Positions 10,769 to 16,472 of a stretch of 16,472 nucleotides of DNA are shown here, piece by piece. The DNA lies in the NCBI GenBank assembly GCA_964449215.1, contig CAYVAH010000015.1:1-16472 (forward strand), written 5' to 3'. This stretch comes from Candidatus Undinarchaeota archaeon. GTDB lineage: Archaea > SpSt-1190. The notes under the pieces were generated by a model. That model worked only from the letters and a program-made list of their open reading frames with translations, searched no databases and was not told the DNA's origin. Position numbers and translations under genes: made by a program. Within the stretch, counting starts at the first letter, position 1. Every line of letters begins with the position of its first letter.

Positions 10769-13021
10769 GTGGTCTGGGTAATCAAGCGAAACAAGGAACG
10801 AGAGAAATTTGATGAGAACAAGCTTGTGCGTGCGGTTTCCAGGGCCATAGTTGACGCCCGCGAAGGGGAAGGCGGTTATGCTTCTGAGCTGGTCTCCAGG
10901 ATTGCTGCTGAGCTCGAGGGCAAGGAGGAGGTCAGGTGGGACAGGCTCAATGAGATGGTTGAGCAGTTGCTTGTGAAGGGGGGTTATGTCGAATCGGCGA
11001 AGATGTTTCTCCTCCACAGAATCTACAAGCTCTGGGCCGAGAAGCAGGGCAGTTCGCTCTTCGAGATCGACCCCCGGGACCTCGACTTCACCTATAACGC
11101 CCTGAAGGTCTGTGAGAAGAGGTATCTCCGCAGGGATGGGGAAGGTTTTGTCAGGGAAACCCCGACGGAGATGTTCAGGAGGGTCGCCCGGGCTATTGCT
11201 TCTGTCGAGACCAGATACGGTGCCACTTCGGAGGAAGCCAGGCGGATGGAGGACAGGTTCTTCAAGGCCCTCATGCTCAAGGAGTTCCTGCCGAACTCAC
11301 CAACACTTATGAATGCCGGTCTTTCCCTCGGCCAGCTCTCGGCCTGTTTTGTGCTTCCCGTGGGTGACTCCATAGAGGAAATTTACAATGCCGCGAAATA
11401 TGCGGCGCTGATACACAAGACTGGTGGTGGGACGGGCTTCAGTTTCTCCCGGCTCCGCCCGAAGGGCGACCCTGTTGGGAGCACGGGAGGTGTGGCCTCG
11501 GGGCCGATAAGTTTCATGAAGCTCTTTGATGCAGGCACGGAGGTGATAAAACAGGGTGGACGCCGCAGGGGGGCAAACATGGGAGTGCTGCGGGTCGACC
11601 ATCCGGATGTCCTGGAGTTCATCAAGGTGAAGGACCCTGAAAACCAGGTTCTCAGGAACTTCAACATTTCCCTTGCCGTCACGGACCGTTTCATAGAGGC
11701 ACTCAAGGAGGGCAAGGAGTATGAGCTGATAAACCCCCGGACCGGAAGAGTCGTGAAGAGGCTCAGTGCCGGGGAGGTTTTCGAGAAGGTCATTCACCAG
11801 GCCTGGCGGACGGGAGACCCCGGGATGATTTTTATAGATCGCATCAACACGCACCATCCCGCCAAGCACATCGGCCTCATAGAAGCAACCAACCCATGCG
11901 GTGAGCAGCCTCTCATGCCATACGAGTCCTGCAACCTCGCTTCCATAAACCTCAGCAAGATGGTTGTTGATGGGAGGGTTGACTGGGACCGTCTGCGAGA
12001 GACCACGCTCCTCGCCACACGTTTCCTTGACAATGTGATTGACGCCAACCGCTATCCAATTCAGGAGCTTGACACCATGGCGAGAAAGACGCGGAAGATA
12101 GGACTCGGTGTGATGGGATTCGCCGACATGCTTATCCGTCTGGGGATCCAGTATGACAGTGAGGAGGCTATGAAGCTCGGGCGCAAGCTGATGAACTTCA
12201 TAAACTACTGGAGTCACTACCAGTCCGTCCAGCTCGCAAGGGAGCGCGGGGCCTTCCCGGCTTTCAAGGGCAGTGACTATGAGCGTGGTCTGTTCCCTGT
12301 GGAGCTTGATGGTTTCAAGGCCGAGAACATACCCTCCCTTGGGGTGGACTGGGACTACCTCCGGGAGGAGGTGAAGAAGGGCACGAGGAACCTCACCAAT
12401 ACCACAATTGCCCCGACAGGAACCATAAGCATCTTGGCGGGCTGCTCCAGCGGGATCGAGCCGATATTTGCCATAGCCTTCCGCCGTGTCGTGCTGGAGG
12501 GCACCACTTTGCTTGATGTGCATCCGCTTTTTGAGAAGGTGACCAAGGAGATGGGCATCTACAGTGAGGAACTGATGGAGCTTGTGGCCGAAACGGGTTC
12601 GATAGCCCACCTCAACCTTCCAGAGGAGCTCAAGCGGGTTTTCCGGACAGCGCACGATATCGCTCCCGAGTGGCACGTCCGTGTGCAGGGCGAGTTTCAG
12701 AGGTATACCGACAATGCCGTTTCTAAGACCATAAACCTCCCGCATGATGCCCGGCCTGAGGATGTGGCCAAGGCTTACCTGACCGCCTATTCGCTTGGCT
12801 GCAAGGGAATCACAGTCTACAGGGACCAGAGCAAGAGCCAGCAGGTGATATACTTCGGGCTTAAGGAGAAGGAGGCCGCCAAGGAGGCAGTGGAACTTGC
12901 GAATCTCCATGTCAGGATGCCACAGGAGCCAAAGACGCCCCTGGTCGGTTTCAAGATTGAAAAGCCGAAGGTTGTTGTTGATTCGAATTATTCGGGGGGG
13001 TGCACACATTGCGACCTCTAA
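10769..13021 (+). CDS. nrdJ: Class II adenosylcobalamin-dependent ribonucleotide reductase with N-terminal ATP cone
   Basis: ATP cone (VIKRNKEREKFDENKL), FLPNSPTLMNAG, QLSACFV, GGGTG.SFS.LRP.G, QGGRRRGANM, thiyl-radical TNPCGEQPL, SCNLASINL, TIAPTGTIS, SKTINLP and CKGITVYRD, with a C-terminal CxxC (GGCTHCDL). No nrdB or nrdG nearby, and the next gene is an adenosyltransferase. Start placed at GTG 10769 behind the SD (ORF track uses TTG 10745). Confidence 0.93.
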   Translation: MVWVIKRNKEREKFDENKLVRAVSRAIVDAREGEGGYASELVSRIAAELEGKEEVRWDRLNEMVEQLLVKGGYVESAKMFLLHRIYKLWAEKQGSSLFEIDPRDLDFTYNALKVCEKRYLRRDGEGFVRETPTEMFRRVARAIASVETRYGATSEEARRMEDRFFKALMLKEFLPNSPTLMNAGLSLGQLSACFVLPVGDSIEEIYNAAKYAALIHKTGGGTGFSFSRLRPKGDPVGSTGGVASGPISFMKLFDAGTEVIKQGGRRRGANMGVLRVDHPDVLEFIKVKDPENQVLRNFNISLAVTDRFIEALKEGKEYELINPRTGRVVKRLSAGEVFEKVIHQAWRTGDPGMIFIDRINTHHPAKHIGLIEATNPCGEQPLMPYESCNLASINLSKMVVDGRVDWDRLRETTLLATRFLDNVIDANRYPIQELDTMARKTRKIGLGVMGFADMLIRLGIQYDSEEAMKLGRKLMNFINYWSHYQSVQLARERGAFPAFKGSDYERGLFPVELDGFKAENIPSLGVDWDYLREEVKKGTRNLTNTTIAPTGTISILAGCSSGIEPIFAIAFRRVVLEGTTLLDVHPLFEKVTKEMGIYSEELMELVAETGSIAHLNLPEELKRVFRTAHDIAPEWHVRVQGEFQRYTDNAVSKTINLPHDARPEDVAKAYLTAYSLGCKGITVYRDQSKSQQVIYFGLKEKEAAKEAVELANLHVRMPQEPKTPLVGFKIEKPKVVVDSNYSGGCTHCDL

Positions 13022-13560
13022 AGAAGGTAATTGAGGAGCTCCCGGGAATAGAGGGGCTCGAGAAGCCGGTTGTTCTCCTCCTGACCGGCGAGGGCAAGGG
13101 GAAGACCACGGCAGGGATAGGTCAGGTCGTGAGGGCTGCGGGTCGCGGATACAAGTGTGCCGTGCTGCATTTCCTCAAGGGCGTGAAGGTGGGTGAGGAC
13201 TATGCTCTCGAAAGACTCGGTGTGGATGTGTTTTTCAGTGGTCCTGATCACTTCATAGATGTTTACAACCCGAAGGAAGAGGAGAAGGAGCTGGTCCGGA
13301 AATTCTGGGAGGAGATGAGGGGGAGACTCAGGGAGTATGATGTTGTCCTGCTGGACGAATTCAATCTCACCGTTTTTTCCAGGATTATAGCGGCTGAGGA
13401 GATAAAGCCATTGATTGAAAAGACACCCCCGTATCTGCTAATCCTTGTGGGGAGGAGAGCCCCGCCGGAGCTGGTGGAACTCGCTTCTGTGGCGAGTGAG
13501 GTCCGGCTTATAAAACATCATTACCCGAAGGTCGGTGCTATGAGGGGGCTGGAAGCTTGA
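13009..13560 (+). CDS. cobO: ATP:cob(I)alamin/corrinoid adenosyltransferase (CobA/CobO/BtuR family)
   Basis: Short P-loop TGEGKGKTTA, RAAGRG, (Q/H)FLKG, YDVVLLDEFN, (T/V)GR and terminal SEVRLIKH..P...A.RGLE. Start probably TTG 13009 (SD GGGGTG ending at 13002), overlapping the nrdJ end; the ORF track uses GTG 13000. Confidence 0.92.
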   Translation: MRPLKKVIEELPGIEGLEKPVVLLLTGEGKGKTTAGIGQVVRAAGRGYKCAVLHFLKGVKVGEDYALERLGVDVFFSGPDHFIDVYNPKEEEKELVRKFWEEMRGRLREYDVVLLDEFNLTVFSRIIAAEEIKPLIEKTPPYLLILVGRRAPPELVELASVASEVRLIKHHYPKVGAMRGLEA

Positions 13561-14246
13561 GCTATCACCTGAGCGTGCTTGGATACGGTTACTCCCGGGA
13601 GCTTGAGGCTGAGAAACCCCTCGCGGAGGAGCTTCTCAAGCTGGATGCCCGCTTCACTTCCTTCGAGTTCGGTAGTTTCCTTCAGGAGCTTGCGGGCATG
13701 AAATACAAGGAGGTGGACGGTGGCTTCTATTCCTGGATGATATACAGGGAGGGTGCCCCTGTTCAGGAAGGTGTGAGCCTGCTCCAGCCCCGTGATGGTG
13801 AGCGCATATATGTTGTCTATCAGTTTTTCCCCTCCGCGTCCAAGATGGAACGTCGTCTTGTTCCTGTTGAGTATATGAAACCGCCCGGCGGGCCGGCGCC
13901 TCCTGACTATGAGTTTGTTCCCCCCGAGGAGTATGCGCTTCCGGAGCTTGTGGAATACAGGGAGCTTGGAGATGTGGAGGAGTGGACTCCCGAGTTTCCC
14001 GGGCAGGTGGAGGAGCGCCAGGTTGTGGAATACTCGAAGCCAAGGTTCACGGAGCCACAGCCGGAGGTTGAAACATACCAGCTGGTCCATCCGGAGCCAT
14101 CCCCCCCGGAGGAGAGGATTCCGCTCTTCGAGAGTGACTCCGAGCTGGAGCGCTTTCTCATGGAGCTGCTTTCAGTTGCAAGACTTTCATTCCTCCTGCC
14201 CGCGCCGGTTGAGGAGCAGGTTCCTCTCCCCCTGATCCGGGTATAA
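13557..14246 (+). CDS. Protein with N-terminal transcobalamin C-terminal-like (DUF4430, beta-grasp) domain and Pro/Glu-rich tail
   Basis: Residues ~35-90 (FEFGSFLQELAG..GGFYSWMIYREGAPVQEGVSLLQPRDGERIYVVY) fit the DUF4430 pattern G.f+.sI.G...yW.+y.nG....G...y...dgd.I...y. The TTG start overlaps the cobO TGA (TTGA). No signal peptide visible. Confidence 0.72.
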   Translation: MSYHLSVLGYGYSRELEAEKPLAEELLKLDARFTSFEFGSFLQELAGMKYKEVDGGFYSWMIYREGAPVQEGVSLLQPRDGERIYVVYQFFPSASKMERRLVPVEYMKPPGGPAPPDYEFVPPEEYALPELVEYRELGDVEEWTPEFPGQVEERQVVEYSKPRFTEPQPEVETYQLVHPEPSPPEERIPLFESDSELERFLMELLSVARLSFLLPAPVEEQVPLPLIRV

Positions 14247-14256
14247 ACTTTTAAAC
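14244..14256 (+). promoter_or_regulatory. BRE/TATA promoter of fusA
   Basis: TAAAC-TTTTAAA (TATA 14249-14255) overlaps the upstream stop codon. SD AGGTGA at 14279-14284, ATG at 14290. Confidence 0.65.
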
Positions 14257-14289
14257 CCCTGTTTCGAAGCGCTAAAGTAGGTGACGCTC

Positions 14290-16472
14290 ATGGCGAAGAA
14301 AAAGGACCTCAAAGAAATGCTGCTCAAGATGATGAGCAACAAGGAAAGGATAAGGAATATCGGGATAGTGGCACATATAGACCACGGGAAGACCACGATG
14401 AGTGACTCCCTGGTCGCTGCGGCGGGGATGTTGAGCGAGACCATAGCCGGCGAGGCTCGCTGGCTCGACTCCGATGAGGAGGAACAGCAGCGCGGTATCA
14501 CCATAATGTCCGGTAACGTTTCCATGGTCCATGAGGTCGGTGGAGAGGATTTCCTGATAAACCTCATAGACACGCCAGGTCACGTGGACTTCGGCGGTGA
14601 GGTTACGCGTGCCATGAGAGCTGTGGATGGGGCCGTCGTGCTCGTGGATGCTGTTGAGGGTGCCATGCCACAGACCGAAACGGTGCTCCGCCAGGCTCTG
14701 CGTGAGCGTGTCAAGCCGGTCCTTTTCATCAACAAGGTTGACCGCCTTATCAAGGAGCTGCAGCTCACTCCGGAGGAGATGTCCAATCGCTTCGCCAAGA
14801 TTATTGCCAAGGTGAACAAGCTTATTGAGCGTTACTCTCCGGAGGAATTCAAGAAGGAGTGGCAGGTTGGTGTTGAGTCGGGCACCGTGGGCTTCGGTTC
14901 TGCAGTTGACCGCTGGGCCACGAACCTCGACACGATGAAAAGCACGGGCATAGGATTCAAGCAGGTGCTTGACCTCTACCGCGAGGGGAGGGTGGAGGAA
15001 CTCCGGGAAAAGGCGCCCCTGCACAAGACGATACTCGACATGGTCATCAAGTATCTGCCCACGCCCCTTGAAGCGCAGAAATACAGGATTCCCCGGATAT
15101 GGCGGGGGGACATCAGCAGTGACGTGGGTAAGGCGATGCAGGCCTGTTCCGATGACGGGCCCCTTATGGCCGTAATCACGAAAATAGTGAATGACCCGCA
15201 CGCGGGGGAGGTTGCGAATGTCCGCATATTCTCCGGGAAGGTCAGAGCGGGGCAGGAGGTCTGTCTTGTGGGAGCCCGCTCCAGGGAGCGGGTCCAGCAG
15301 GTGGCATTCTACAAGGGACCCTTCCGCATCCAGATTGAAGAGATGACTGCCGGCAACATAGCCGCTCTGGTGGGGCTCAAGTCCGCCCAGGCCGGGGAGA
15401 CCGTTGCATATTCGCTTGAAGCCGACCCGTTCGAGGAGATAAAGCACATATTCGAGCCCGTCGTGACCAAGGCTCTGGAAGCGGAGAATCCAAAGGACCT
15501 GCCCAAGCTGGTGGAAGTCCTGCTAAAAATGAGCAAGGAGGACCCGACCATCAAGGTGCAGGTGAACCAGGAGACCGGGGAGATACTGATGAGCGGTATG
15601 GGCGAGCTCCACCTAGAGATAAAGGAGAAGTTCATCCGGCGCGACTGGAAAATACCCGTGAAGAGCTCGCCGCCCATTGTGGTTTATAGGGAGACAGTTG
15701 GGAAGCGTGCAGGTCCCTATGAAGGCAAATCGCCCAACAAGCACAACAAGCTCAAGATTACGGTGGAGCCCCTCGAGAAGGCCATATATGACAAGATAGT
15801 CGCGGGGGATATTCCTGAAGGGGTGGTCCGCAAGGGAAAGGACGAGAAGACCATTAAGGAGCTGATGGATGCAGGGATGGACAAGGCCACAGCCAAGAGG
15901 GTCGTGACGGTGAAGGGCAACAACATCCTGGTGGATGCCACCCGCGGTATAGTGCATCTGGGTGAGATAATGGAAAGCGTGATAAACGGGTTCAACGACG
16001 TGATGGAGCGCGGGCCTTTGGCCTTCGAGAAATGTTCCGGGATAAAGGTCATACTTGAAGACGCCAAGCTTCACGAGGACTCAATCCACCGCGGCCCGGC
16101 GCAGATAATTCCTGCCGTGCGCGACGGTGTGAAGGGAGCGATGGCCCATGCTGACCCGCACCTGCTCGAGCCCATTCAGACCATTCGCATAGATGTGCCG
16201 ATGGAACATATGGGTTCCGTCACATCCCTGGTGCAGGGTCGCCGCGGGCGCGTGCTTGAAGTGTTGCAGGAGGAAAGCGAGCATGTGGCCGTTGTTGCGG
16301 ACCTGCCCGTTGCAAAGATGTTCGGTTTCACCAGCGATCTCCGCTCCGCGACAAATGGCATGGGGCACTGGTCGCTTATCGACAGCCGCTTCGAGCCCCT
16401 GCCCAGGGAGCTGCAGAAAGAGACCATTCTGGCAATTCGCCGGCGCAAAGGAATGAAGGAGGAAATATTCGG
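14290..16472 (+). CDS. fusA: Translation elongation factor 2 (aEF-2), 3' end just beyond the window
   Basis: Manual translation gives MAKKKDLKE...IRNIGIVAHIDHGKTT...RGITI...LIDTPGHVDFGGEVTRAMRAVDG...FINKVDR...GMGELHLE...SPNKHNK...LHEDSIHRGPAQII...RRKGMKEEIF. The frame was checked at 15001, 16081 and 16441. It is missing from the ORF track because no stop falls in the window. Confidence 0.98.
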   Translation, partial: MAKKKDLKEMLLKMMSNKERIRNIGIVAHIDHGKTTMSDSLVAAAGMLSETIAGEARWLDSDEEEQQRGITIMSGNVSMVHEVGGEDFLINLIDTPGHVDFGGEVTRAMRAVDGAVVLVDAVEGAMPQTETVLRQALRERVKPVLFINKVDRLIKELQLTPEEMSNRFAKIIAKVNKLIERYSPEEFKKEWQVGVESGTVGFGSAVDRWATNLDTMKSTGIGFKQVLDLYREGRVEELREKAPLHKTILDMVIKYLPTPLEAQKYRIPRIWRGDISSDVGKAMQACSDDGPLMAVITKIVNDPHAGEVANVRIFSGKVRAGQEVCLVGARSRERVQQVAFYKGPFRIQIEEMTAGNIAALVGLKSAQAGETVAYSLEADPFEEIKHIFEPVVTKALEAENPKDLPKLVEVLLKMSKEDPTIKVQVNQETGEILMSGMGELHLEIKEKFIRRDWKIPVKSSPPIVVYRETVGKRAGPYEGKSPNKHNKLKITVEPLEKAIYDKIVAGDIPEGVVRKGKDEKTIKELMDAGMDKATAKRVVTVKGNNILVDATRGIVHLGEIMESVINGFNDVMERGPLAFEKCSGIKVILEDAKLHEDSIHRGPAQIIPAVRDGVKGAMAHADPHLLEPIQTIRIDVPMEHMGSVTSLVQGRRGRVLEVLQEESEHVAVVADLPVAKMFGFTSDLRSATNGMGHWSLIDSRFEPLPRELQKETILAIRRRKGMKEEIF

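Noticed and set aside
9488..11017. Antisense ORFs of 192, 319 and 207 aa over rps12/rps7/nrdJ
   Set aside because: They overlap conserved genes and show no domain signal.
11297..13009. 570-aa antisense ORF opposite nrdJ
   Set aside because: It lies entirely within a well-conserved gene and has no recognisable motifs. Its composition is typical of a shadow frame in GC-rich coding DNA.
14272..16448. Several minus-strand ORFs (391, 153, 128, 122 aa etc.) offered by the ORF track
   Set aside because: All are antisense shadows of EF-2 on the + strand.

Overview
Archaeal chromosomal window, probably from a DPANN-type and possibly thermophilic lineage (an inference from divergent RNAP and uS12 motifs). 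On the minus strand are the 5' part of tRNA-Lys(UUU) and a 529-aa membrane-anchored protein with tandem GILT-like thioredoxin domains. Divergently, on the plus strand, lies the conserved cluster rpoB''-rpoB'-rpoA'-rpoA''-L30e-nusA-S12-S7, without rpoH in front. The usual S7-to-EF-2 junction is interrupted by a three-gene, translationally coupled cobalamin module. It encodes a class II (AdoCbl-dependent) ribonucleotide reductase with an ATP cone, a CobO/BtuR-type corrinoid adenosyltransferase, and an apparently cytoplasmic protein with a transcobalamin/intrinsic-factor-like (DUF4430) domain and a Pro/Glu-rich tail. A ~220-nt spacer with competing stems precedes the module, and one stem can cover the nrdJ start codon. 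EF-2 (fusA) runs from 14290 off the right end and is absent from the supplied ORF track. All family assignments come from motif recognition by eye, not database searches.
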